NCBI GenBank assembly: GCA_965215505.1
Contig: OZ244065.1
Location: forward strand, 5,120,001-5,184,000
Length of the DNA stretch: 64,000 bases
Source: Capsulimonadaceae bacterium
Lineage (GTDB): Bacteria; Armatimonadota; Armatimonadia; Armatimonadales; Capsulimonadaceae
Direction: 5' to 3'
Shown here: piece by piece, positions 1-9,749 of the stretch
How the letters are laid out: every line of letters begins with the position of its first letter
Position numbering within the stretch: the stretch's first letter is position 1
Notes under the pieces: generated by a model
Told to the model about the DNA's origin: nothing
Databases searched by the model: none
What the model saw: only the letters and a program-made list of their open reading frames with translations
Program-made: the position numbers and the translations under genes

Positions 1-2069
1 AAGTTGAAGGCGTTGTCCACCCCCCACAGCATCGCCCGGTCGTCCGTGTTGTTCCACAGGATGTGGCTCAGGCCGTCGGGACCCGACGCCGCCCCGATGG
101 CGCTCCACAGGTTATTCGCGCCGTTGTCGGTGTACGGGCCGTAGCCCGCCAGCGTGAAGTTGAACGCCGAGTCCACGTTCCAGAACATCGCCCGGTGGTC
201 CGTGTTGCTCCACAGCAGGTGGGTCAGGTTGTCCGCGCCCACCGAGACGCCCGTGACGCTCCACTTGTTCGTGGCCGCGCCGTCAGTATACGGCCCGTAC
301 CCAGCCAGGGTGAAGTTATAGCTGCTGTCCACATCCCAGAGCATGACGCGGTTGTCCGTGTTGTTCCAGGCGATGCGACTGATATTGTCCGGGCCGGTGG
401 CGAGGGCGGTGGCGCTCCATAGGTTGTTTGCGCCGTTGTCGGTGTACGGCCCGTAGCCCGCCAGTGTGAAGCTGAAGTCCTGGGCGACGTTCCACAGCAT
501 GACGCGGTGGTCGGTGTTGTTCCACAGCAGATGTACGACGTTGTCCGGCCCGACCGAAACCGCCGTCGCGCTCCACAGGTTATTCGCGCCGTTGTCGGTG
601 TACGGCCCGTAGCCGGCGTAAGTGAAACTGCCGCCGTCGTCCACGGTCCACAGCATGACGCGCCCGTCCGTGTTGTTCCAGAGCAGGTGGCTCTTGCCGT
701 CCGGCCCCGTCGCGACGGCGGTGGCGTGCCAGACGTTCTGCGGTGCCCCGTCGGTGTACGGCCCGAAGCCGTTGAGCGTGAAGGAGCCGTCCTGGGCGAC
801 GCTCCACAGCATGACGCGGCCGTCGCTGTTGTTCCACAGCAGGTGCGTGTGGGCGGTCTTGAACTCGAACGCGCCGATCGTGTGGTTCGCGGCGGTACGG
901 GCGAAGCCGCGCTGGTCGGTCGTGGTGGCGTTGGCGTAGTCGCCGCCGATGGCCGGGCTGCCGGCCAGCACGGCGATCGTCTGGGTCGGCCCGCCGTTGC
1001 TCGCCAGTCCACCGGGGGCGAGCATCGGATTGACGTAGACCTGGTCGTGCGGCCCGGTGAAGCCGTGGGAGGCGCCACTCGGGTCGCCGACGATGTTGGA
1101 GCCGCCCGAGGTCACGGTGCCGAAGACGTCAGCCCCCGTGCCCGCGCTGTTGCCGTTGAGGATGCTGCTCTGGACAGTGGCGGTGCCGGTGTTGTAAAGA
1201 CCGCCGCCCTGGCTGGATGCGCTCTGGCTGCTGGTCGCGGTGTTGCCGACGATGGTGCAGCTTGTCAGGGTGAGCTGACTTCCGCTGTTATAGATGCCGC
1301 CGCCCGCCCCGCCGACGCCCGTGCTGTTGCCGACAAGGGTGCAGTTCGTGAGCGACACCGTGCTGCCGATGCCGGACATGCTGCTGGCGCTGATGATCGC
1401 CCCGCCGTCACCGGCCGTGTTGCCGGTGAGCGTGCTGCCGGTGATTGACACCGTGCTGCTGGTGCTGCTGATCGCCCCGCCGCCGCCGGCCGTGTTGCCG
1501 GAGAACGTACAGCCGGTGATCAACACCGTGCTGCCGGTGCTGCTGATCGCCCCACCGCCGCCGGCGGCCATGTCGCCGCTGAAGACGCATCCGGTCAGCG
1601 TCAGGGCGGAGTCGAAGGCGTAGATGCCGCCGCCGTTGCCGTTGCTGTTTATGCTGGCCCCGTTCCCGCCCGCGAGCGTCAGCCCCGACATGGTGACGGC
1701 GATGGTCGCCGCGCTGGTGCCGGTGACGCCGAAGATGCCGTCGGTGCCGTCGCTGATGGTCAGGCCGGCCGCGCCCGGCCCCTGGATCGTCAGGTTCTTG
1801 CTCACGGCGAGACGGCCGCTCGTCAGGGCGATGACGGTGCCGCCGTTCGCCGGGAAGGCGCCAGAGTCGAAGGTGATCGTGTCCCCACTGCCTGCGGCGA
1901 GGATCGCCGCCCGCAGCGAGCCTGTCCCGCCATCATTGGCGTTGGTGACGGTGAGCGTCGCAGCGGAGGCCGACGGGGCGAGGCCGAGCAGGCCCGGCAG
2001 AGCCAGGAGCAGGGCCGCCAGCCGGCGGCTGCGCCGGGCGGGTCGGACAGGGGAGGGTGAGTTGAACAT
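1..2069 (-). CDS. Secreted beta-helix (CSLREA/choice-of-anchor Q-like) protein with C-terminal 52-aa Trp-rich repeats; 3' end runs off the window
   Basis: Absent from the ORF track because it is open at the edge. ATG at 2069 gives MFNSPSP...LAALLLALPGLLGLAPSASA (signal peptide), then TVTNANDGGTGSLRAAI, GGAI/GGGIY repeats, LASNGGPTQT...DQRG...IGAFE, then HLLWNNTDxRVMLW...GYGPYTD repeats. In frame down to position 3. Confidence 0.85.
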   Translation of the reverse strand, partial: MFNSPSPVRPARRSRRLAALLLALPGLLGLAPSASAATLTVTNANDGGTGSLRAAILAAGSGDTITFDSGAFPANGGTVIALTSGRLAVSKNLTIQGPGAAGLTISDGTDGIFGVTGTSAATIAVTMSGLTLAGGNGASINSNGNGGGIYAFDSALTLTGCVFSGDMAAGGGGAISSTGSTVLITGCTFSGNTAGGGGAISSTSSTVSITGSTLTGNTAGDGGAIISASSMSGIGSTVSLTNCTLVGNSTGVGGAGGGIYNSGSQLTLTSCTIVGNTATSSQSASSQGGGLYNTGTATVQSSILNGNSAGTGADVFGTVTSGGSNIVGDPSGASHGFTGPHDQVYVNPMLAPGGLASNGGPTQTIAVLAGSPAIGGDYANATTTDQRGFARTAANHTIGAFEFKTAHTHLLWNNSDGRVMLWSVAQDGSFTLNGFGPYTDGAPQNVWHATAVATGPDGKSHLLWNNTDGRVMLWTVDDGGSFTYAGYGPYTDNGANNLWSATAVSVGPDNVVHLLWNNTDHRVMLWNVAQDFSFTLAGYGPYTDNGANNLWSATALATGPDNISRIAWNNTDNRVMLWDVDSSYNFTLAGYGPYTDGAATNKWSVTGVSVGADNLTHLLWSNTDHRAMFWNVDSAFNFTLAGYGPYTDNGANNLWSAIGAASGPDGLSHILWNNTDDRAMLWGVDNAFN

Positions 2070-2250
2070 ACGGCTTTCTTTCTTGACCGGCTTCCCCGAG
2101 ATGTCCGGCGGACACCGGGTTTAGAGGGACTTGGCGGCACCGCCGCCGGGAACGTGTCGGGAGGATTTATTCCCCATGATAACACAATCCGCGCCGCCGC
2201 GTCAACACGGCAGATTCGCCGGGGACGGGGCAGTCTGAACGCCTGCGCGG

Positions 2251-2279
2251 TTGACACCCTCCCCGGTTAGTGCTACAAT
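2251..2279 (+). promoter_or_regulatory. sigma70-type promoter
   Basis: TTGACA-17 nt-TACAAT with an extended TG, 14 nt before the ATG at 2294. Confidence 0.7.
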
Positions 2280-2293
2280 GACGGCACCCCGCG

Positions 2294-3919
2294 ATGTCAT
2301 TCACACACACCGAGACGATAAAAAGCCCTTCCCCTCGCCCCGCCCGCCGGGACGGTTTGCCCGCCTGGGTCGCCGTCCTGCTCGTCCTCTTCCTCGTGCT
2401 GCGCGTCGCCGACCTCCTGCCCGCCCGGCACGGGGCGCGGCTGTCGCAGCAGCTCGGCGGGCAGGTGGACGAGAAAACGATGGGCGCCATGCTGTCCACG
2501 GACGTGGCCGCCAAACAGGCGTATGTCACCTCGTTCGGCAGGCCGGGGGCTGCCGCGCCCGACTCCAAGACCCTGCGGGACGCGCTGGCGTCGGCGGAGA
2601 CGCTGGAAACCGGCGGCCAGAACTCGCCCGGAACGGCCCGGCGCGTCATCATCCTGCGCGCGCTGCTGGGCCGGCCCGTCTTCGGACCTGGCGCGAACGG
2701 GCTGGACCCGAAGGACGCCTTCGCCGCCCCCGCCCTGGCCGGGCTGTCTGCCGCCGAACGGCGGCGCTACGCCGACGAGGGCCGGCTGTGGGCGGACGTG
2801 GCGCGCGGCCCGCACCTCTCCCCGGCCCAGGCCGACGCCCAGGCGGCTCGGCTCCGCGCCCTCCCCAACATCCGCTGGTGGCGCGCGCCCGGCGAGGCCG
2901 TCCTGTACCGCTCCCAGGGGAACCCGGCCTGGGCGACCCACTACGACGCGCAGGCCAGGACGACGGCGCTGACGACCCTGGCTCCCCTGCTGGGGGCGGG
3001 ATTCTTCGAGGGACTCTTGGGCGTGGCCGGGCTGGGCCTGCTGCTGTACCTCGCGGTCCAGAGGCTCCAGCCGAAGGCGGAGGGGCCTTTCCCCTCCCCG
3101 AACGCGCTGCCCGACCCGTGGCCGACGATGCCCGAGCTGACGCCGCTGGCCGAGCGCCGCCTGCGGACGGGCGACCTGATGGGCGTGTTCGTTCTGTACC
3201 TGCTGATGCCGGACCTGATCGGCTGGCTTCTAGGGGGTTTTCATGTCCCTCACCTGCTCTTCTTCGGCGGCCTCCTCGCCCCGCTCCGGCCCCGCCTCCT
3301 CGCCCTGCCTGCGGGCAGTCACGCCGCCGTCGTGGTCGTGCTGGAGTTCTTCGCGTACCTGATTGGGGCGGCCGTGCCCATCGCCGTCCTGATCGGCATC
3401 GCCCGGCGCAAGCGTGCCTCCATCGGCGAGGAACTGGGCTGGAATACGCACCGCCTGGGGAGGAATCTGCTGTACGGGGTGGGGGGCTATGCCGTCGCGC
3501 TGCCGCTGCTGCTGCTGGCCCAGACCGTCGGGGGCTTCGCCGGGTCGCGCCTGCACCTCCCGGCCCCGTCCAACCCCGCCCTGCCGCTGCTGGCGAGCGC
3601 GAGTTCGTTCTGGGTGCAGGCGATGCTCGTGGGGCTGGCGACCGTGGCCGCGCCGCTGACCGAGGAGTTCCTGTTTCGGGGCGTCTTCTACAACGCCGCC
3701 AAGCTGCGGCTCGGCGTCTGGCCCGCCATCGTCCTGACCGGCCTGATCTTCGGCTTCGTCCACCCGGTCGGCATCGCCGCCATGCTCCCGCTCGCCGCGC
3801 TGGGCGGCGTCTTCGCCTGGATGGCCGAGACCCGCAAATCGCTGGCCCCCTCCATCCTGGCCCACTGCTTCCAGAACACCTTCGCCACCCTCATGCTGCT
3901 CATGGCCCTGGCCGGGTGA
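2294..3919 (+). CDS. CPBP/Abi (CAAX protease-like) intramembrane metalloprotease with N-terminal soluble domain
   Basis: APLTEEFLFRG, IFGFVH and SILAHCFQN motifs; multiple TM segments. Confidence 0.88.
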   Translation: MSFTHTETIKSPSPRPARRDGLPAWVAVLLVLFLVLRVADLLPARHGARLSQQLGGQVDEKTMGAMLSTDVAAKQAYVTSFGRPGAAAPDSKTLRDALASAETLETGGQNSPGTARRVIILRALLGRPVFGPGANGLDPKDAFAAPALAGLSAAERRRYADEGRLWADVARGPHLSPAQADAQAARLRALPNIRWWRAPGEAVLYRSQGNPAWATHYDAQARTTALTTLAPLLGAGFFEGLLGVAGLGLLLYLAVQRLQPKAEGPFPSPNALPDPWPTMPELTPLAERRLRTGDLMGVFVLYLLMPDLIGWLLGGFHVPHLLFFGGLLAPLRPRLLALPAGSHAAVVVVLEFFAYLIGAAVPIAVLIGIARRKRASIGEELGWNTHRLGRNLLYGVGGYAVALPLLLLAQTVGGFAGSRLHLPAPSNPALPLLASASSFWVQAMLVGLATVAAPLTEEFLFRGVFYNAAKLRLGVWPAIVLTGLIFGFVHPVGIAAMLPLAALGGVFAWMAETRKSLAPSILAHCFQNTFATLMLLMALAG

Positions 3920-3963
3920 AAAATGCCCCTGTTAAAGATGCCCCTGTTAAAGATGCCCCCGTT
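3919..3963. repeat. 15-bp tandem repeat x3
   Basis: aaa(a/g)atgccc(c)(t/c)gtt, three copies. Confidence 0.85.
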
Positions 3964-3992
3964 ACGGTCAGCCACAGCCACAAGAGCCGCGA

Positions 3993-4068
3993 AGAGTGTG
4001 GCCGGCCAGAGTGTAGCCGGCCAGAGTGTAGCCGGCCAGAGTGTAGCCGGCCAGAGTGTGGCCCGGCC
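3993..4068. repeat. 15-bp tandem repeat x5 running into a REP arm
   Basis: agagtgt(a/g)gccggcc repeated; the last copy begins the palindromic element. Confidence 0.85.
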
Positions 4069-4401
4069 CTGAAGGGCGGGTCTGTTCCCGGCTTCGCCGG
4101 TGGGCCGCCCCTGCGGGGCTTATGACGATGCCACCCGCGCGATGCCACCCACTCATCGTAGGGGCGCTGCTTGCCGCGCCCTCTTTGCCGTGCCGCGCCC
4201 CCAGAGAAGGGCGGGGCAAGAGAGGAGGGTGGGATAAGAGGGCGCGGCAAGCAGCGCCCCTACATAGGCCCGGATAATGCCATCCCGTGTAGGGGTCGGG
4301 TCCCCCGACCCTCCTTCCCGATCGGCCTTGCCCCTCCGAAGCCCCGAAGCGGGCGGCCCACCGGCGAAGCCGGGAACAGACCGGCCCTTCAGGGCCGGGA
4401 C
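4058..4401. repeat. Nested REP/REPIN-like composite
   Basis: Outer ~62-bp inverted repeat (4058-4120 / 4340-4401), inner inverted pair GTAGGGGCGCTGCTTGCCGCGCCCTC (4158-4183 / 4238-4263), and a single GTAG palindrome at 4289-4314. Confidence 0.8.
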
Positions 4402-4414
4402 TGACTGGATCAGA

Positions 4415-5323
4415 TCATATCATCATCCGGCTTTCCGGCGGTCCGCTGCCGTGCGCGCGGCGGAGTCCCTCGATGTGCTGTTTCAGGGCCGGGTCCGCCG
4501 TGAAGTACATGTTGTTGAACTTCAGAGCGACGTTACTCAGCCCCATCACGGTGAACACATGATAGCCGGGTATGCTGGTCATCTTCGCGTTCAGCGGGGC
4601 CGTGACCGCCGGGGGCGGATTCCAGACCATCTGCGCCAGCAGGTCCGCCGTATCGGCGGTCTGCACCCGTGCCAGCTCGTCGGAGATCACGCCCCACTGA
4701 TCGAGAAGAGCTGGGTCCTCCGAGGTCGTGACCCCCTGCCACACTGGAAAGACGTACTCCCCCGGCATCGCGAAGAGCGCCCGGAGGGCGGTCGCCCTGC
4801 GTTCCCTGTCGTCGTCCTGCACCGCCTGTTCCGCCAGCCGTTCGGCCACCACCCGCAGGCGGGCCGGGTCAAGCCCCGTGATTGTCAGCGGGAAAGTGTC
4901 CTCGCGCGTCAGGACGGTGCCAAAGACTTCCCCCCACTCTGAAGGCGCAACACCTGGATGAGACTCCATCGTGTAGGGCCTTCGGATGCGCGCGGACAAC
5001 AGGTAGTCACCGAGATGCATCGGGCGCAGCAGGCGGCTGACGACGACGTATTCAACAGTAGGGCGTCTGCCGGATGCACTAATCCCGCTGCCATGAATGC
5101 CGCCCTGCCGCATACGCGGGTCGAGAACGGGCGGCGCAGTACTCCCTTCCGCATCGGTGAGGGTGACTGTTATCCAATCTTTTCTATCCCTGCCCGTGTA
5201 GAGGCTCGCCCCTTGTGCGTGGGTGACAATGAAGGTGTAGCGCAGGACGATGGGTTCGCCCAACGAAAGAACGTCCTCAGCGAGTGACACCTCGGCGTGG
5301 ATGGTAGGTAGTTCGGTTTGCAT
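4415..5323 (-). CDS. Hypothetical protein (beta-rich N-terminus, helical C-terminus); paralog of 5495-6370
   Basis: 302-aa ORF sharing LGEPIxLRY, DPRxxQGG, RLRxxAExL, ALRALxAMP and ADLLAQM with its neighbour. Confidence 0.7.
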   Translation of the reverse strand: MQTELPTIHAEVSLAEDVLSLGEPIVLRYTFIVTHAQGASLYTGRDRKDWITVTLTDAEGSTAPPVLDPRMRQGGIHGSGISASGRRPTVEYVVVSRLLRPMHLGDYLLSARIRRPYTMESHPGVAPSEWGEVFGTVLTREDTFPLTITGLDPARLRVVAERLAEQAVQDDDRERRATALRALFAMPGEYVFPVWQGVTTSEDPALLDQWGVISDELARVQTADTADLLAQMVWNPPPAVTAPLNAKMTSIPGYHVFTVMGLSNVALKFNNMYFTADPALKQHIEGLRRAHGSGPPESRMMI

Positions 5324-5494
5324 CTCAGAGGCCCGTTCCTAAGTCTAGGTCTGCTTCACTGCTATCACCATCCGGGGCTGTGGAAAGCCCCGGCAGAGAA
5401 GCGTCCTTCGGACGAGGATGGAGACGAGGGAATGCGGGTCCCGATCTTCACCCATGAGGGTGTCTCTTTGCCTGTACTCTCTACAGCCCGGCAT

Positions 5495-6370
5495 TTACCC
5501 TCCTGTGCGCCATATCGCGGATTGGCTGACTTCTTTCCCGTACCTCGTATGTATCCCCTCAATGTGCCGCTTCAGGGCTTCATCGCCTGCCCGATACATG
5601 TTGTCCAGCAGCACGGAGGCGTAGCCTATGATCAGCATCGGGCCATAGCCTGGGTTCCACATCTGCGCGAGGAGGTCGGCGGCGGCGGGCGTCATGACAT
5701 GAGCCAGTTCACGCATCAGGTCTTCCTTGTAACGGAAGCCCCGATCACTCGCCAGAGCCTGCCAGCTTGGGAGGGCATACCGCTCCGGCATTGCTAGGAG
5801 CGCCCGGAGGGCGTCTAGCCGCTGCTCGTGTGTGGGCCGCGTCATAGCATCCTGTCTCAGCTCCTCGGCAATCTGTCGCAGGCGGGCTTCCTCCGGCTCC
5901 GTGACGGTGATCGTGAAAGACTGCTCCTGAATGAGCACCGTTTCGGTGCTCATGTGCCACAGCCTTTGAGGGTGGCCGTTCGCTCGTCCCCCCAGCACAT
6001 AAGGCAGTCGAGCTTTGACATGTAGCCCGTACCGCCCGACATGCGGGACCGTCAGCCATTGCGTGACGATCAGGAATGCCTGATAGGTCCGACCGGGAGC
6101 GATATGCACTTCTCTCGTTGGCTGAGAACCCCCCTGCGGCTTCCGGGGGTCGGGGCGCTCCGGCGCGGGCCGCCCTGCCTCATCCACGAGGCTCAGGCTC
6201 GCCCACGCGCTCTGTTCTTGGCCCAGGTAAACCCACAGTCCTTCACCATCCCCGCCGACCATGATGTCATAGCGGAGGATGATCGGCTCGCCTAACATGA
6301 TGGTTTTGCTGATGAGTGACAGGTTTAGGCCGAGGGCATCCTTAGACTGAGAAGCTTCCATCCGTTGCAC
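5495..6370 (-). CDS. Hypothetical protein; paralog of 4415-5323
   Basis: 291-aa ORF with the same shared motifs, including ADPALKQHIEG / GDEALKRHIEG. Confidence 0.7.
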   Translation of the reverse strand: MQRMEASQSKDALGLNLSLISKTIMLGEPIILRYDIMVGGDGEGLWVYLGQEQSAWASLSLVDEAGRPAPERPDPRKPQGGSQPTREVHIAPGRTYQAFLIVTQWLTVPHVGRYGLHVKARLPYVLGGRANGHPQRLWHMSTETVLIQEQSFTITVTEPEEARLRQIAEELRQDAMTRPTHEQRLDALRALLAMPERYALPSWQALASDRGFRYKEDLMRELAHVMTPAAADLLAQMWNPGYGPMLIIGYASVLLDNMYRAGDEALKRHIEGIHTRYGKEVSQSAIWRTGG

Positions 6371-6530
6371 CTGCGATTTCTATGGCCCGAACTGTAGGTC
6401 GGCCTCCGGAAATGCCGATTCCTGACGCGCGACGGACACTTACAATCCTGTCATGGAAACAGTATAGGGCTTGCCCACAGGTTTATCAAGCGTTCACCCA
6501 AATCAACCTTAAGTCTCCAGGAACGGCGCT

Positions 6531-7178
6531 TCACCGCGCCGTGCCCGTGAGCTGACAGCCGAAGAACAGCGTCTTCGTGCGGGGGGGCTTCCGCCCGTCC
6601 AGGACGGCGGCGAGCGCCTTTTTTGCCCAGGCGGTTTTTGGGTCGTGGCAGTACCGGGCGACATTGTAAGCGCCGGTGAAGGCCACCCGGCCCCGCGCGT
6701 CCAGGATGACGGCGGCGGGGGCCGCCCAGACGCCGAAGCGGCGCGCGACGCGGTTGTCGGCGTCTACGAGGGTGTATGGATCGGTGATGGCGCGCGCCTG
6801 CCATGCCTCGGAGGCCGCGCTTTGGTCTGCGGTGGTCGGCCCGGAGGCGATGACGGTGACGAAGCGGACGCCTCGTGGCCGGTAGTCGTTGAGGAGGCCG
6901 CGCACGTCCCCTTCGGCGAAGCGCGAGCAGGGGCAGTGCGGGTTCCAGAAGTTCAGCACCGTGACAGGTTCTGGCCCGGCGAGGCGGACCGGCCCCTGCC
7001 GGGTGTCCAAGACGGCATACGGGGGGGGAGGGAGCGCCTCCGGATGGGCGACGGCGGCCCCGGCGGGCCGGGAGACGGGGCGCAGATACTGCCCCTCGAA
7101 GTGCCAGAAGGCCAGGACCGTCCCGGCCCCCCACAGCAGCAGGAGAAGCCCGACCCCGATGCTGCTTCCCAGCCTCAT
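6531..7178 (-). CDS. Membrane-anchored thioredoxin-fold protein (AhpC/TSA- or DUF6436-like)
   Basis: N-terminal [28 protein letters not shown]-terminal GC. ATG overlaps the MCP stop codon (ATGA). Confidence 0.75.
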   Translation of the reverse strand: MRLGSSIGVGLLLLLWGAGTVLAFWHFEGQYLRPVSRPAGAAVAHPEALPPPPYAVLDTRQGPVRLAGPEPVTVLNFWNPHCPCSRFAEGDVRGLLNDYRPRGVRFVTVIASGPTTADQSAASEAWQARAITDPYTLVDADNRVARRFGVWAAPAAVILDARGRVAFTGAYNVARYCHDPKTAWAKKALAAVLDGRKPPRTKTLFFGCQLTGTAR

Positions 7179-9082
7179 GCGGCCTTCCTCCACGGCGCGT
7201 CGAGGGACACCGTGCCCGCGCTTTCTTCCGCGCCCAGCGCGGGCGGCTCCGTCTGGAACCGATTCAGGGACAGGCTGACCCTCTCGGCGTTGTGGGCCAC
7301 CTGCTCGGTGATCTGTGCCAGCCGCTCCAGCGCGCCGAACTGGCGGGTGATCTGTTCGGAGACTTCCTGAGCCGCTGCGCTATTCTCTTCCGTGATCGCG
7401 GCGCTCTGTGCCATGCCCTCCTGCGCCGACAGGGCCTGGTCCGACAGCGCCGTCGCCGCACGATCGTGGGCGGCGATCTGACACTGGAACGCCTTGATCT
7501 GATCCCCTATCTCCTGACCTGCCGCCTCCATGCCCGCCGCTGCGCCCTGGTTCTGGGCGGCGAGGGCGTGGATTCGCCCCACGAGGGACGCCGTCTGCTC
7601 CCCGGCGCTGACGACCGTACCGGTCATCTGAGTCACTCGGGCGAACTCGCTCAGGGGCGTGCCCCCATCGTGCGGCCCGTCCAGCGTCAGGGCGCGCACT
7701 TCCTCGACCTCCTGCTGGACCAGGGCGATGAGGGCACCGATCTCGCGGGCGGCCTTGGCCGAATGGTCGGCGAGCTTGCGGACCTCCTCGGCGACGACGG
7801 CGAACCCGCGCCCCTGTTCGCCGGCCCGCGCCGCCTCGATGGCGGCGTTGAGGGCCAGCAGGTTGGTCTGGGAGGCGATGCTGCTGACCGTCTCGGCGAA
7901 CGCGCCGATCTCGCGCGAGCGGCGGCTCAGGTGTTCCGCCTTGCCCGCCACGGCGCTGACGGCGGCCCTGGTCGCGTCCGAGGCCGACCGGACGGTGGCG
8001 ACCGCCTCCATGGCCGCCGCGTGCGCCTGTTCCGAAGCGGCGACCTGTTCGGCGCTCGCGGCGGCGACCTGTCCCGTCCGATCACGGAGCGCGTTCACGG
8101 CCGCTGACATCTCCTGAATCAGCAGTGCCTGCGCCCGCGTCTCGACCGCCACGCGCTGGGTCATCTCGGCCGCCGCGCTCATCTCCAAGGTCGCACGAGC
8201 GGTCTGACGCGCCTGCTCCGCCGCCCCCACCGACACCTGGACGATCGCCCGCTGGACGAACTCGCTCCCCCGCCGAATCTCCCCCATCTCTTCCGCCGCC
8301 TGATGGGCGTCGGCCTCGATCCGCCTGCCTTCCTTCTTCGCGCCCTCTATCCGGCTACGCAGCCGCTCCAGCAGACCGTCTATCGCCCCGGTCGTGCCCG
8401 CAAGCGGCGAGGAGGGGGGCCAGGCGAGCCGCACCGTCAGGTCGTCCCCCGTCAGCCGGCCGTCGGCCAGCGCCTGGGTCAGCCGGCTGAGGTCCTCCGC
8501 CTGATGCCACTCCTGACGCATCCGCACCGCCATGACGATCAGAAGTCCCGACTCGAACACGACGAAGCCCGCGTGGATTAAAGTCAGCATCCAAACGCCC
8601 ACGGCCTCGGACGTGTAGATGTAGACCGGCGTGTGCAGAGTCTGGAGCAATGTGAAGGCCGCGTGGTGTCCCGCGATCGTCACGGCCGCCGCCACGATCG
8701 CGCGCCAGTCCCGGTAGGCCAGCAGGAAAGCCAGGGCACAGAAGACGTGGAAATGGGTCTCCGTCAGGCCGTGGGTTTGCTGGATGAACAGGGCCGAGAA
8801 GACCATCAGGGCGACGCCGACGACGCAGCGGACCAGGACCGTGCCCGGCCGGAGGCGCGCGAGGGCGGTGACGACCAGGGCCGTCGGCAGCCCGATGAGA
8901 AGCGACTGGGCCCCCGTCTGATACCAGAGCGAGAGCAGGAGTGCGGCGGCGAGGTGTGCCCAAATCAGCGCCACGAAGAGCCGGTCGGTCCGCCGGTCGG
9001 CTTCGGCGATGGAGAAGTAGTAGACGGGCGGCGAAGGTGACAAAAGGGGGTTCTCCTGAAAGTACTCTGACCGGCAGTGCAT
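7175..9082 (-). CDS. Methyl-accepting chemotaxis protein with polytopic membrane sensor
   Basis: [37 protein letters not shown] signalling hairpin; N-terminal TM bundle with [17 protein letters not shown]. True start may be TTG at 9043 after an AGGAG RBS. Confidence 0.93.
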   Translation of the reverse strand: MHCRSEYFQENPLLSPSPPVYYFSIAEADRRTDRLFVALIWAHLAAALLLSLWYQTGAQSLLIGLPTALVVTALARLRPGTVLVRCVVGVALMVFSALFIQQTHGLTETHFHVFCALAFLLAYRDWRAIVAAAVTIAGHHAAFTLLQTLHTPVYIYTSEAVGVWMLTLIHAGFVVFESGLLIVMAVRMRQEWHQAEDLSRLTQALADGRLTGDDLTVRLAWPPSSPLAGTTGAIDGLLERLRSRIEGAKKEGRRIEADAHQAAEEMGEIRRGSEFVQRAIVQVSVGAAEQARQTARATLEMSAAAEMTQRVAVETRAQALLIQEMSAAVNALRDRTGQVAAASAEQVAASEQAHAAAMEAVATVRSASDATRAAVSAVAGKAEHLSRRSREIGAFAETVSSIASQTNLLALNAAIEAARAGEQGRGFAVVAEEVRKLADHSAKAAREIGALIALVQQEVEEVRALTLDGPHDGGTPLSEFARVTQMTGTVVSAGEQTASLVGRIHALAAQNQGAAAGMEAAGQEIGDQIKAFQCQIAAHDRAATALSDQALSAQEGMAQSAAITEENSAAAQEVSEQITRQFGALERLAQITEQVAHNAERVSLSLNRFQTEPPALGAEESAGTVSLDAPWRKAA

Positions 9083-9093
9083 CAGGTACTCTG

Positions 9094-9101
9094 TTATCGG
9101 A
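9094..9101 (-). promoter_or_regulatory. Putative sigma28 (FliA) -10 element for the MCP gene
   Basis: TCCGATAA versus consensus GCCGATAA, upstream of a chemoreceptor. Confidence 0.5.
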
Positions 9102-9155
9102 AGAAGGCCCCGTAGAAGTTAGGTGTCCGTGGCCGAGTCGCGGCGGTCACAGAGG

Positions 9156-9743
9156 TTACAAACTCGTCCGAGGCGACGGGGAGGGAGTGCCCGGCGGGGC
9201 GCTCGCCACGGTGACGCGCGACATCCGCTGCGTGAGCCGCGCCGCGCGGTCGGCGGGGAGGGTGGCGAGGACCTGGCCGGCCTTCTTCTCGTCGAGCTGC
9301 GTCAGCGACGCGATCACGTCCGGGTCGGGCAGCTTGCCGAAGATGCGGGCGAGGTCGTCGGCGGACATGGTGGCGTAGATCGCGCCGAGCTTGGCGGCGT
9401 TGTCCGGGGCCGGGGCGGGGGATGCGCCGCCGCCGTCGGCGGGCGCGGCGGGCGTCCGCTTCTGGGCCTCCAGAGCGACGCGGTCTTTTTCCAGTTGTGC
9501 CTGATCGGCGGCTAGTTTCTTCTTCTGGGCGTCGAGCGCCTGGCGCTCAGGGTCCGGGGCCGCGACCGGGGCCGCGCCGTGCGCGGGCTTTTTGGCCTTG
9601 GCGAGATGCAGCGCCTTCAATGCGGAGGCCAGGGCGGGGGACTTGCCGGCCATCTTCTGGACGGGGATGACGCCCAGGAAGGCCAGGCCGTAGGCGACGC
9701 CGAGCAGGGCCAGGACGCCGAAGACTCCGAGGACGGCTTTCAC
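9156..9743 (-). CDS. MotE/YlxF/FlbB-like flagellar protein
   Basis: N-terminal TM, coiled coil, KLGAIYATMSADDLARIF...LDEKKAGQVLATL (MgtE-N-like); lies downstream of fliJ. Confidence 0.75.
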   Translation of the reverse strand: MKAVLGVFGVLALLGVAYGLAFLGVIPVQKMAGKSPALASALKALHLAKAKKPAHGAAPVAAPDPERQALDAQKKKLAADQAQLEKDRVALEAQKRTPAAPADGGGASPAPAPDNAAKLGAIYATMSADDLARIFGKLPDPDVIASLTQLDEKKAGQVLATLPADRAARLTQRMSRVTVASAPPGTPSPSPRTSL

Positions 9744-9749
9744 GGGAGG

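Noticed and set aside
3919-4068. Possible CRISPR array
   Set aside because: The 15-bp units are head-to-tail with no unique spacers, and there are no cas genes in the window.
2251-4125. 624-aa alternative-frame ORF
   Set aside because: Arg/Pro-rich off-frame of the CPBP gene; its start codon is the -35 TTGACA.
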